Source: the human T2T-CHM13v2.0 reference genome, Homo sapiens. Taken from it: a stretch of DNA of 64,000 nt. Each line of letters opens with the position of its first letter. Within the stretch, counting starts at the first letter, position 1. The translations under genes and the position numbers were made by a program. Shown here one piece after another: positions 1 to 12,377 of the stretch. The stretch lies in NCBI RefSeq assembly GCF_009914755.1, contig NC_060929.1. One strand, written 5' to 3'. Under the pieces are notes generated by a model, which was given only the letters and a program-made list of their open reading frames with translations, did not search any database and was not told the origin of the DNA.

Positions 1-348
1 CTTTGCACCTATTCTGTTTGTTAGAAGGTGATCCTCTTCATGTCACCATGACTACTCCTTCACTACATTTGGTTCTGTGTTCAAATGTCACTTTTTCAGA
101 CAGTTCTTCCCTGATCCCTTCCAGAATCACTTTATTCATATTCTTTGTCTTTACCTAGCTTTATTTTTCTTGAGATTGCTAAATTGCATTTGAAATTAAA
201 TTATTTTTGTTTGTAACATTGTTTCTCATTCATTTGAATATCAGCTCCATAGAGAAAGAATTGTGCTTTTTTCAGAGCTGAATCCATTGCTTTCAGAGTA
301 GTACGTAGCATACGGTAGGTTTTGGATAATAATTATGGAATAAATGAA
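1..348 (+). mobile_element. L2 LINE 3' end fragment
   Basis: Diverged match to the L2 terminus (TCAGCTCCATAGAG...GCATACGGTAGG...GAATAAATGAA). Confidence 0.65.
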
Positions 349-429
349 GATAAAAGTCACACTAAAATAGAGATGTCAAGTAGGGTGGTTTAACTGGAGA
401 AAACAATGATAAAGATTTCTTGGAGGGGT

Positions 430-718
430 ATCACTATCACTTTCTCATCCAGGCTAGACTGTAATGGCATGATCAGGGCTCACTGCAGCCTCAAACTTTT
501 GGGCTCAAGAGATCCTCCTGGCTCAGTCTTCCAAGTTACTAGGACTACAGGTGTGCACCATCATGCCCAGCTAATATAAAAAAATTAACAAATTTTTTTT
601 TTGGAAAAAGGTCTTGCTATGTTGCCTGGAGTGGTCTCAAACTCCTGGGCTCAAGTGATCAACCTGCCTTGGCCTCCCAAAGTGCAGAGATTACAGTTGT
701 GAGCCACCACATCCTGCC
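430..718 (-). mobile_element. AluJ SINE
   Basis: Reverse Alu dimer with J-type segments (CACTGCAGCCTCAAAC..GGGCTCAAG), ending GAGCCACCACATCCTGCC. Confidence 0.9.
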
Positions 719-1241
719 CAAAGAGATGGCATTTGAATTGGACCTCAAACGATGGGCAAAATTGGTAGGCAGAAATGGAAAAGTCCAGATAGAGAAACTT
801 GTGTGGGGAAAGGCACTTTTGTGGGACAATATACAGGAGTGAGTAGTCTATTGTGATAAGAGTTATGGGGTAGTTTGGTAACATAGGCCAAGTCATTTTG
901 GGTCTGGTTCATACTGTGATCCAAGTTCAGTTGATAAGTAATGTCTAGCTATGGGATTCATATTCTCAAAAGTTATTGCTATTATGCTTTGAGTTAACTA
1001 ATTTGTGGTTTCTGCTCATAGTTCAAATGAATTTACCTACTTCGTAACACAGCAGCTAGTTGATACTTACCTATAGTATGTGCAGTTTAAATAGTTACCT
1101 TCTTTGTTATCCCTGTGCAAGATTCTAGGATAATGTAGAGAAGACCAAGGTTCTAATAAAGTCAACAGATGATATGGGAGAGAGTGATGTTGGTTTCTAA
1201 GCCTGTGACAAAGGTCCATATTTTGATAAAAGCTTAGGTAA

Positions 1242-1579
<338 letters not shown>

Positions 1580-2439
1580 TTAAGAGCTCTTACAATGGAT
1601 AGCAGAGAGGTTATAGGTTATTGATGTTTGCTTTTTTTGCCTTGTTTTTGACATTCAATAGTATATACTTCTGTTTATTTAGATTCCTAATACTTAATCA
1701 ACATTTGAGAAATACTTAATATTTAACAAATATTAAATCAATAATTTAAATATTCAGATTATAGAAGTTTCTGGAAAGATGATTGAATGAGAGTAAGTTT
1801 GCCTTATTCCTCTTCCTGAAACCTACAGATACGAACAAAAAGAGCCAAATAGAAAGGAAAAATTATATCTACAACAAAAGCAGCAGACAGCTAAATTCCA
1901 CATCACTGACTACTGAAGAATATCTCCTAGAAGCAAGATCACTTGAACCAAATTAATTGAAGATGGATGTTCAGACCTTTCTCCTATATCCTCTGATATT
2001 GGGAAAGAAGCAAATTTCAAATCAGTGGATTAAAAAGAGTCTTACTACTAATCTTTAACCTGATGCAGTAAGGATTAACTCTATGGATGGATTAAGGAGA
2101 AACAGAGAGAACCTTGACTGGGGCACCATTCGGTTTCAAAGAATGACAAGAAAGGTGATGTTAAAAGGAGATCATGTATTCCCACCGCCTTTATTGTTCA
2201 CGACCTGGTCCCAGACTAGGATAACTTTCAGAATGGCAAGGGTCCTAAGAGGGTACACTCAGAACCAGTATGTTTACATAACAGAGGATTAATCAGTTTG
2301 GCAGGAAAATAATTAACATTAAGGATGCTTGCTGGCTGTTTCTGGGCTCACTCCACATTCCTACAGCTGAAAGATCAACCAGAGACCAAGGGATGAATAT
2401 TGATGTAAAAATCCAAAATAATATATTAAAAAATAGGAT

Positions 2440-3030
2440 CCCTGAAGGACATTTAAAAAGAATACCTTATGTTCAAGTGGAGTTTATCTAGTAATGCAAG
2501 GATGATTTAACTTAGGAAATAAAGGAATAGCAGAAGTTAAATGATACCACAAGAAAATAATCGACATTCTGTAAGATAACTGGTCATTTTTCTTCAGAAG
2601 TCAGTGCCATGGGACAAAAAATAGATACTTTTCTCGATAAAAGAGTCTGGAAAAATGTAACAATCAAATGTAATGCATGGCACTTGATTAAATCCTGGTT
2701 TGAGAAAAGCAAATATGAGACAGTTTTTTTAGATAATTGTAAAAATGTGAATATAAATGGGCCTTATATAATAGTAGAAAATTATTATTTATTTTAAGAT
2801 ATGGTAATGGTATTGTGGTTATGTAAAGATAATGTCATTTTTCTTAGAAGTTGCTAACGTATTTAGGGGTGAAGTGTTATGATGTCTGCATCTTATTTTT
2901 AAATGGTTAAAGCAAAGAAAGTAGAAAGAATATGGCAAAATGCAAATAATTTTTGAATCTAGGTAATGCATATGGGTGTTTGTTGTACTATTTTTTGTAT
3001 TGTTTTTATGCTGGCCATAATTTTAAAAAT
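2440..3030 (+). mobile_element. Ancient L1M fragments (short ORF2 piece and L1ME-type 3' UTR)
   Basis: TCAAGTGGAGTTTATCTAGTAATGCAAGGATG resembles L1 ORF2; GGTATTGTGGTTATGT...ATTTAGGGGTGAAGTG...TATGGCAAAATG is typical of the L1ME 3' UTR. Confidence 0.65.
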
Positions 3031-3081
3031 TGGAGGTAAAAGAATACACTTAAATATATGAAACAATTGAAGAAGAAGTTA

Positions 3082-3470
<389 letters not shown>

Positions 3471-4154
3471 AAATGAATAAAAACGGAATCAGCAGTAGCA
3501 CAAAATTTTAAAATCAACACAGCTGAAAACAGAGACCATGACATGAAATAGAATTGAAAAAATCATAGAGGATAAAGTAAAAAATAAAAAGATGAGAGCA
3601 ATTAGAGAAATGATAGATACGGCTACAAAGATTGGTTACAAAGATCTAACATACATGATTAGTATTCCTAAAGAGCATAAAATATATTCTGGGGCTTCCT
3701 ACCTAATTGAATTCTTTCAGGGCTCACCATGTTTAAATCTACAGTTAATATCTCAAGGTATTCAAATTTATGTAATAGACAGGGGAGCTAAGGTTTCTAT
3801 GGAAAATAAAAAAAAATTAAAAAGTGAAAAACTTTAAGGAAGGCAAAATGGAGATTGTGGCAGAGGTATTTTAAAGCAAGTAGTTTTGACAGTAAAATGA
3901 CCAAAAAAGAAAGTATTAATAATTATGAAAATATGGTACTATTCAATGCTATCATGCTTTGAGGAAATGTCTGATTCCTGGTTTGGACATAAAGAAAGAG
4001 GAAGAAAGGAAATATTCTGAAGTCACTTGCTCACATGCCAGTTTCTCCAACTCTGATTATTGTTTCCCTATAGTTAATGTTAGATCTTTGTAGCATTAGT
4101 TCTTGCAAGCTAAACAATTTTTATACTAAGTAGGAAAAGGAACTGGTGAAAAAA

Positions 4155-4265
4155 GGCAACTTCTGTTTTCTGTATTCTGACAGGATGAAGAATTGGCTGG
4201 AGGTAAAAATCTCCTTGAAAATCTTTGTCAGTGGGTGAGTTCTCTTTTTTTACTTCTAGGATTTC
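4155..4265 (+). repeat. Local direct repeat Y, copy 1 (partner 5821-5928)
   Basis: 4200-4238 matches 5866-5904 at 38/39 nt; the flanks also align. Confidence 0.9.
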
Positions 4266-4268
4266 TGT

Positions 4269-4414
4269 ATCCTCTTAGGATACAGAAAACAAAATTACCT
4301 ACATTTCACAAAACTGTCCTGATCACACTTAGGAGTTTAGTAGGAAAAAGAAAATGGAAAGAAAAGGCTGAAAAACTATATTATCTTCACATGTACCTTT
4401 CTTACTTCTTTCTC
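4269..4414 (-). repeat. Local inverted repeat X' (reverse complement of 5708-5852)
   Basis: Exact reverse-complement blocks 4317-4335 vs 5785-5803 and 4356-4376 vs 5746-5766, within a ~145-bp alignment. Confidence 0.9.
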
Positions 4415-4489
4415 AAGTTACCAGCTATTTCTTTCTTCTTACACAGGTTACCAGCTCTTCCTTACCATTATTCCTACAGAAGTTCTGTA

Positions 4490-4690
4490 GACCAAATACA
4501 GGGTTCTAACTTACGGTTCTTCTATTTATTTATCTGTGTGACTTGGGAAAGTTTTGAAATATGTTCTAGTTTTGCCTTTGCAAAATGCAGATAATATGCA
4601 CTTCATAAGGTTGTCGTGAGGACTAAACAAGATATCATGGAAAATATCTGGTTCAGAGTCTGGGGCAGAGAATGCCCTCAGTAATATCCT
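4490..4690 (+). mobile_element. MIR SINE
   Basis: CTGTGTGACTTGGGAAAG...GCAAAATGCAGATAATA...GGTTGTCGTGAGGACTAAA core. Confidence 0.75.
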
Positions 4691-5707
4691 GATGTTTTTT
4701 ATTCAATGATAAGAGCTCATAAGCAAGGAAATAGGATATTCCAAAAAGAATACCTCCTTCTTTGAAGGATTTAATCCATGACATCTGTTACATTACTCTA
4801 TAATCTTAAAATTAGCACAGCATAGAATTCTGTGGGACATTTTGATGAATGAAAATAATTAGAAATTTTATTTTTGGTTCAAATAATGGTCCTTGAGCAT
4901 ATGAAAGTCTCCCTAATTCATTGGCAATGGGGTTTTTAAACTCCATTGTATCTACGGCTGTGAACCTACTGTACACATCCTCTGGGCATTCTTAACAGGT
5001 TTTAACTTGGTGATAATTAATAAATTAATAATTGGTGCTAAGAGAATTTAATGTGTCATGAAAGGAGAAAAATAACAAGTAAGAAATATGTGTTTCAATA
5101 AGTGACATGCTGTAGAACAAAAGAAAAGCTTGAAGGCTGACTTGACCTTGGCTAACACACTAGAACTTTAGATAGATTACCCCCACCCCCTCAAGAGTGC
5201 CCTTCTTTTAAACACCGATGGTTGATGTTATGAACATTATGCTTTATTATATAGTGATCTGGGAAACTCTTGAATTATTAATAATTAGTGTTTAAATGTG
5301 AAATTCACACAGAATTATACCTGCAGCCTTTAAAGGAAAAGTGATGCGCATATTGCCTTTGAAAAACTTGTAGTAGAAAGTCATATTCAATATTCCAGTA
5401 ATTACTCTCGTTTAGTAAGAAAGATCTCTGTGTACAATGTCCTCATCATTCTCAATAAGTTACCTAATGTTCAATACAGTTGTAGTCACCCAATAATAAA
5501 AGCTAAGAATCCATACAGTGCTTTTCAAAGGGCTCCTGCAAGTTGTTTTTCATTAAAAGTATTGTTATTATTATTTAATGTCCAGAGATTGGAAATCTTT
5601 ATCAGAGATTATAGGTTGTCATGTGCTTCAGACTAGAGTCATGGCCTCAGAATAGGGCTGTCCAGTGAGAATAGCACCTCTAGCATCATTACTTCCCTTG
5701 GAAAATG

Positions 5708-5928
5708 GAGAAAGAAGAAAGAAAGTTATATATGAAGAGAATATTGTTTTTCAGCCTTTTCTTTCCTTTTTTTTCTCTACTAAGCTCCTAAGTGTGATCA
5801 GGAATGTTTTGTGAAATTTAGGTAATTTTTGTTTTTTGTATCCTACGAGGATGAAAAGTTGGTTTGAGGTAAAAATCTCATTGAAAATCTTTGTCAGTGG
5901 GTGATTTCTCTTTCTATTTCTATGATTT
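5708..5928 (+). repeat. Second copy of the local duplicon (X followed by Y)
   Basis: Aligns to 4269-4414 in inverted orientation and to 4155-4265 in direct orientation. Confidence 0.9.
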
Positions 5929-5994
5929 TTAATGTATACAGATTACCAGCTGTGTCTACTCTCTCACCCACTGACTGATCATGTGAAAGGTTTG

Positions 5995-6810
5995 AGGTCC
6001 ACATTGTCTACTCAGCATCTCAAAGCAGGTGTCTTAAAGGAAACTTAAATTGCCATGTCTAAAACAGAATCGAGCTCATTGTTTGGACCTCCCACCCGCA
6101 TGTGTTCTCCTTTTGTGTTTCTCAACTCAGCAAATGGCACCACTAATCGCTCAGGTGACTAAGCCAGGAACTGGAGGATTATTCTTACTCTGAATGTATC
6201 CTTGTACTTCAAGTCCCACTATCACAACTGACTAGTTTACTTCTTAATATCTTTCAAATTGATCTGTTTCTCTTCATCTTAACTGCCACTGCCTTAAACA
6301 AGTCAGCAGCATATGTCACCTGGATGACTGCAGTAGCCATTTAATTGGTCTTTGTATTTCCATTCTCCCTTTCCAATCAATTCTCTGTTAACTCTAGCGA
6401 CAGTTTAAAACCAAATTGGATCACATCAACAGACCTAGTTAAAATCATTGCTGTTGGGATAAAGCCTGTTTGCGTTGGCCCTGCTTATTCCTCCAGGTTG
6501 ATCTGCCATCTCCTCTTCATTGGCCACATATGTCTTCTTAGAATTCTTCAGCTGTAATGTGCCGTCTCACAACAGGGCTCACTTCAGTTCACTTCTATTC
6601 ATCTTTCAGACCTCAGAGCAAAAGTTACCCCGGGAAGCTTTCTTAGACACTTCGGGCTCAGTGAAATACTCATTCTGTGCTTTTATTGCTCTGGGTTCTT
6701 TTTCCTTCAACATTTATCACACATATACGTTGTGTGATCATTTGTTCAATATCTGTGCAGGAACCCTGTCTATTTGGCGCACCATTGTAGCTTGGTGTCT
6801 GTCATATTGT
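5995..6810 (+). mobile_element. L2 LINE fragment
   Basis: CATGTCTAAAACAGAA...TCAGCAAATGGCACCAC...AAGCCAGGAAC...TCACCTGGATGACTGCAGTAGCC are L2 hallmarks. Confidence 0.75.
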
Positions 6811-7007
6811 AGCTTCTCCCGCCCCTTCTTAATACTCATTCCCTAGTTTCATTTTATGGCTGTTTTCTATGTTTCATCTTCAGGGTTGGGTTGGGAAGGA
6901 AGTCAGAGCCTATTATAATTAGCCATCTTGTCAGGAACAGAGAATTCCCTATTTCCCTTTTATGTAATTTTCATAGTTAAAATTGTAATTACTTCAGTAT
7001 GTTCCAC

Positions 7008-7587
7008 TGTGATGGTTAATATTAGGTGTCAACTTGACTGGATTGAGGGATGCCTAGATGCCTGATACAGGATTGTTTTTGGGTGTGTCTGTAAGGGTGT
7101 TGCCAGAGGAGAGTGATATGTGAGTCAGCGGACTGGGAGAGGAAGACCTGCCCTCAATGTGGGTGGGCACCATCCAATCGGCTGCCAGTGCCGCTAGAAC
7201 AAAGCAGGCAGAAGAAGGTGGTTAAGTTTGGTTGCTGAAGCTTCTGGCTCTTTTTCTTCTTCCTGTGTCGGATGCTTGCTTCCGCTTCTCTTGCCCCTGT
7301 ACATCAGACCCCAGGTTCTTTTTGCTTTGGACCCTGGGACTTTCACCAGCAGCTTCCCAGGGGCTCTTGGGCCTTCAGCTGCAGACTGAAGGCTGCATTG
7401 TTAGCTTTGCTGTTTTTTAGGCTTTTGGACTTAGACTGAGCCACTACTGGCTTCTCTTGTCCCAGTTTGCAGACGGCCTTTCATTGGACTTTGCCTTATA
7501 ATTGTGTGACCCAGTTCTCTTTAATAAACTCGCTTTTATTTATACATATATCCTATTGGTTCTGTCCCTCTGGAGCACCCTAATACA
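7008..7587 (+). mobile_element. MLT2B-like (ERV-L) solo LTR
   Basis: TGTGATGGTTAATATTAGGTGTCAACTTGACTGG...CCCTAATACA; perfect 5-bp TSD TCCAC. Confidence 0.9.
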
Positions 7588-7819
7588 TCCACTTTATTAA
7601 TGTGCCACAATGTGAGGTATTTCCTAAGGCAGGGAAAATGAAACAGTAGTATTTAGGATCATACACACGTTTTAACAATATAAAAAGCAATGAAATGGCT
7701 ACCATAAAAGTCAGGATAGGTATTACTTCTGTGGGAGGGAAGAGATTGTAATTAGTAAGTAACATGTCAGGAGCATCTGAAGTGTGACAAACTTTTTGTT
7801 TCTTGACATGAATGGTGAT

Positions 7820-7987
7820 TAGGATGGGCCACATAATTTGTGGGGCCTGTGTGAAATAAAAATGTAGGGCCCCTGGCTTAAAAATATTTAAAAATCTCAA
7901 CACAGAGACAGCAGAGGAGTAAACCAAGCATGAGACCCTTCTAAGTGTGGGTTCCTGTGTGACTGCATGCCCATGAAGTCAGCCCTG
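7820..7987 (-). mobile_element. MER45A (hAT-Tip100 non-autonomous DNA transposon)
   Basis: Matches reverse MER45A (...GCCCATGAAGTCAGCCCTG); 8-bp TSD ATGGTGAT on both sides. Confidence 0.85.
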
Positions 7988-8211
7988 ATGGTGATTGTAT
8001 TAGTATTCACTCTAAAATACTTTGTTCAGCTAGATGCTTATATTTTATGCATTTTCTCTGTGTTTGTTGTATTTTACAACAAAAAATATTAGAAATAATT
8101 GAATAAAAAGAAATATTGAATAAAAAGAATGAACTAGAACTCTAAATGATTACCATGAGGTGTTCTTAATGACTAGGAGGAGAAAAAAAGGATAGAAATA
8201 TGAACAAATAA

Positions 8212-8502
8212 GGCCAGGCGTGGTGGCTCATGCATGTAATCCCAGCACTTTGGGAGGTCCAGGTGGGTGGATCACGAGGTCAGGAGTTCAAGGCCAGTCT
8301 GGCCAAGATGGTGAAACCCCGTCTCTACTAAAAATACAAAAAAATTAGCTGGGCTTGGTGGTGAGTGCCTGTAATCCCAGCTACTCAGGAGGCTGGGGCA
8401 GAGAATTGCTTGAACCCCAGAAGTGGAGGTTGCAGTGAGCCAAGATTGTGCCACTGCCCTCCAGCTTGGGAGACAGAGTGAGACTCCATCTCAAAAAAAA
8501 AA
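8212..8502 (+). mobile_element. AluS (Sg-like)
   Basis: Full dimer with GGATCACGAGGTCAGGAG and an A tail. Confidence 0.95.
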
Positions 8503-8519
8503 TATATATATAAACAAAT

Positions 8520-8900
8520 AATAAAGAAATATGGGGAGTAGGAACAGTCTTAACATCTGTCGAATAGAGGACTCTAGAGGAGAGGAAAAAATAAGCAAAG
8601 AAGTATCAATATTTTAAGAAATAATAATAGAGAAATTTCCAGAATAAGAGGAAGTAGAAGCAATCTATAGGTTACAAAACAGTATAGATAAAAATAAACT
8701 TACACTTAGATATACTGCAATAAAATGTAGAAACAACTAAGAACCAAAGAGAATTCTAAAAGCTTTTGAGGGAAGGAACAGATCACCAATAAAGGAACAA
8801 GAATAAAATTAATGTCAAACTTCTCTTTAATGATATGAGATGCAAGATCACAATGAAGTAGCATCTTCAAAGTGTTAGAGAAAAAAATCCTTTGAACTTA
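8520..8900 (+). mobile_element. Old L1M ORF1-region fragment
   Basis: A-rich degenerate ORF1 (GAAATAATAATAGAGAAATTTCCAGAA...ATCTTCAAAGTGTTAGAGAAAAAA). Confidence 0.55.
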
Positions 8901-8908
8901 AAATAAAC

Positions 8909-9165
8909 CAGTAGTCTTCTAACTTTTTGATCTAAGAACTCCTTTACACTCATTGAGGACCTTAAAGAGATTTGGTTTATGTGTATTATGTCTATCAGTA
9001 TTTAATGTATTACAGATTAAAACTGAGAAAACAAAAGATAATGTTATTATTTCATATTACTTCATTTAAAAATTACTAATTATATTTTAACACAAATAAT
9101 ATACTTTTATGAAAAATAACTATATATTTCAAAACAAAACACAATTAGTGAGAGGACTGTTGTCG
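8909..9165. mobile_element. Charlie1-family hAT transposon terminal fragment
   Basis: CAGTAGTCTTCTAACTTTTTGATCTAAGAACTCCTTTACACTC...ATTGAGGAC...TTAAAACTGAGAAA resembles the Charlie1 end. Confidence 0.7.
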
Positions 9166-9179
9166 TCACTGTCTAACCT

Positions 9180-9565
9180 GACTCAGAACTTGATCTCTGG
9201 GAAAAGATCTATCCCCAAGGCATTTGTCGAGAGCAATCTATGGAAATTCTTTAATATTTCAGCTGCCTGAAGCTGGGCTACCAGTTGGGGCAAACAAGCC
9301 TGGCCAGATATGTAAGAGGAAAATCTGGGAAATGAGAGGTGCATAAGAGACTTTGAAAAGTTTTGACATATTCTTTAGAATCTAGAAGGCCATGTGGATG
9401 TGCAGGGCTTTGTAAATACCCAGGAAACACCAGAGCAACAGAGAGGGCCTCAGTTTGGTTGACCTTGAGGCACTGTATAAGCAGGAAGTGAAGACTAAGG
9501 CAGAGTTGTAACTTCCCAAGTGTTGAATGCATACCCCAACACACACCCAGAGTCCCTAGACAAAT
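9180..9565 (+). mobile_element. Old L1M 5'-region fragment
   Basis: ATCCCCAAGGCATTTGTCGA...TCTAGAAGGCCATGTG...GCAGGAAGTGAAGACTAAGGCAGAGTTGTAA resembles L1M4/L1MDa-type 5' sequence. Confidence 0.5.
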
Positions 9566-10321
9566 CTAATTGCTTCTTAAAATGCTTCTGAGAAGGGGAG
9601 AACACAATTTTAGGATAAACAAGATAACTTACATCTAGAAAATGAGTGGTCTTTTGGTGAGCAAGAGAGAATATCTGAACATAGTCAAATGTCTCTCTCT
9701 TCTCTATAAATGCTGTACAAGTGATGACTTCATTGCAGTTTACCTCTTCTCTGCCTGTACACTCTCTGGGGTAATTATAAAGGCTTCTGAAGTAAGAATG
9801 TGGATAATGAGAAGACCCCAGGTTATCTCATAAAGCATACTCTAATGTTGGACTTCATTTTCACTAAAGTTAAAATCAGTAAACAAAAGCAAGCAAATGA
9901 AATAAGCCATCTAATCACCTTTAAAGCATAAAAATGGACTCCAGGGTGCAGTAAAATCTAGGACAACAGTGTTTTAGGATATAATATTAAGAAAAGTAAA
10001 TAATCATGCTGAAAGCACAATGTAAATAAAACCTGTTTCGAAGAAAAAGGCTAAGACTAAATAGAAAATAAAAACTCAGGCAGTCTGGGGAACACAAGAA
10101 ATATACCATTAAGCTGAGCGAGTTATGAATAAGGAGAAATTCAAAGTCTGCTTGGGAAGCTTTTTCAATTTAGGACTGATAAAACTAAGCCCTGCCATTT
10201 AAGGGTTAATCCTTAGAAAAAAACAAACCTTTATCAATATAGCTGTTTTGCTCTGTCAATTCTCTTTCCAAGGGTGGCACTGAGAGTGTGAGTGGTGTGA
10301 AAAGAGGTCACGGGTATCTCC

Positions 10322-10675
10322 CAATATGAGTTGGCTGTGTTCCAACCCAAATCTCATCTTGAATTGTAATCCCCATAATCCCCATGTATCATGGGATGGA
10401 CCTGGTGGGATGTAATTGAATCATGGGGTGGTTCCTCCATGCTGTTCTCATGATAGTGAATGAGTTCTCATGAGATTTGATGGTTTTATAAGTGTCTGGC
10501 ATTTCCTCTGCTGGTTCTCGTTCTCTTTCCTGTGAAAAGGTGCTTTCTGCCATTTTTGTAAGTTTCCTGAGGCCTCCCCAGCAATGCGGAACTGTGAGTC
10601 AATTAAACCTCTTTTCTTTATAAATTACCCAGTCTCAGGTATTTCTTCACAGCAGTGTGAAAATGGACTAATACA
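10322..10675 (+). mobile_element. THE1D-like MaLR solo LTR
   Basis: ATATGAGTTGGCTGTGTTCCAACCCAAATCTCATCTTGAATTGTA...TGGACTAATACA; flanked by CTCCC on both sides. Confidence 0.9.
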
Positions 10676-11884
10676 CTCCCTAAATTAGTAATGTAAGTTT
10701 GTCATGTTTTTATGGGGCCTACTGTGCTTTTGATCATTTTTAATCCTATTATGAATAGGACTGGGGGAGGAAGCCCTATAGAAGGAAGAGTGGATTCATA
10801 TTATAATTTTTTCATCCTGTTGCCTAATCTTAGACTTGTCCTATTTGTGAAGCATTACCATTTTTGGAGTTTAGAAAATAATCGAGGTAAATCCCTTAAG
10901 TTCACTTCCTGCTGGTTAGGTGTAGGAACCCATGTATGCCTCCCCTTGCTCAAGTAGGAGTTAAGTATATTTGGGCCTGATCCACTCTTATGAACTGAGC
11001 ACCCAGAAGCAGATGAAGCAATAAACAGATAAAAAACCAAATTAACATCCCCAGGTAACACCACTATCAAGTACAGAAAAATGGTTTATAACTGGTTTAG
11101 TGAAAGTAGTTATTACTATTTTTCAAATTCAACTAAGCACCAACATCATACCAGACACTGATCTAGGTGCTTGCACATATATTATTTCATTACATTCTTA
11201 GTGTTTTTATCCCCTCAAAGTTCCAATGGGAAATTAATTGATAGTGTAAACAATTTGTGGCTAATATTGCTGCCAAATGCTTAGAGAAAATTCAGGCTTT
11301 ACTGAATGGTTTATTTCAAGATTGAGCTGAACAAATCTCAAATGGTTTTCTTTTCCAATTTAGATTTTTTGTTTGTTTGTTTTTGTTTTGTCTCTTTCCT
11401 TCGATCTCCCACAAAAGGTCTCACATCTGAGAATTTGTCATCCCAAGCACTGGAAAAATGCAGATACTTTTGAAAAGGACAAATTCTGCAAAGACACCAG
11501 GACTCATCTACCCTTGTCAAAAAGTCTTTTTAATACATTGATTCAGCTAAAAAGTTTGCAACTGTTAACTCCTCTTTGAAATTTACAAGCTGCTTTAAAA
11601 TCCCTAAGAAAAAACAGCTGGGTGTGTGGATGCATATAATAAGATTTTATGACATCCCCAAAGTGAAATTCTAAGTCACCCATCCAGATAAGATGTTAAC
11701 AGAGGGGCCGAGGTCAAGATCAGGCATATGAATCCAGATGACTGGACCATAACATATGTTTGTAGACCCATCCCAACTCCAGACAGAAAGTTTTTCTAAC
11801 AGCTGCCAAGTGAGATGACTTACTGCTTCAGTTTTTAACCCTTACTTCAGATGATTATACAAAAAGGCATGTATGAGGCATTAT

Positions 11885-12377
11885 TGTGATGGTTAATTTT
11901 AGGTGTGAAGTTGATTTAAGTGTGACTGGATTAAGGAATACCTAGAGAACTTGTAAAGCATTATTTTTGGGTGTGTCTGTGATTGTATTTCCAGAGGAGA
12001 CTGGTGTGTGAGTTTGATTGGATTAAGTGGGGAAGGTCTACTCTTAATGTAGACCAAGATAGAACAAAAACAGAGGAAAAGAAATTGGTCTCTCTTCTGG
12101 AGCTGGGATACACATTTCTTATTCTGCCTTGGGGTGTCAGAACTCCAGGCTGTCTGGCCTTTGCAGTCCAGGACTTGGGTAGCCTCCTGGATACCCAGGC
12201 ATTTGGATTTGGACTGAGCCATGCTACCAGCATCTCAGAGTCTCTTGCTGGCAGACAGCTGTCATGGGACTTTTCAGCCTCCATAATTGTAGGAGCCAAT
12301 TCCCCTAATAAATACCTGCTCACCTCTGTCTCTCTCCTTCTTCAATTGGTTCTGTCTCTCTAAAGAACCCTAAGACA
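11885..12377 (+). mobile_element. MLT2 (ERV-L, MLT2B/C-like) LTR in the 5'-LTR position of a MaLR internal region
   Basis: TGTGATGGTTAATTTTAGGTGT...TTGGTTCTGTCTCTCTAAAGAACCCTAAGACA. Confidence 0.85.

Noticed and set aside
1063-1160. Possible minus-strand exon ending at TAG|GTAAGT (about 1071)
   Set aside because: The acceptor is weak, the peptide is unrecognised, and no partner exons are evident.
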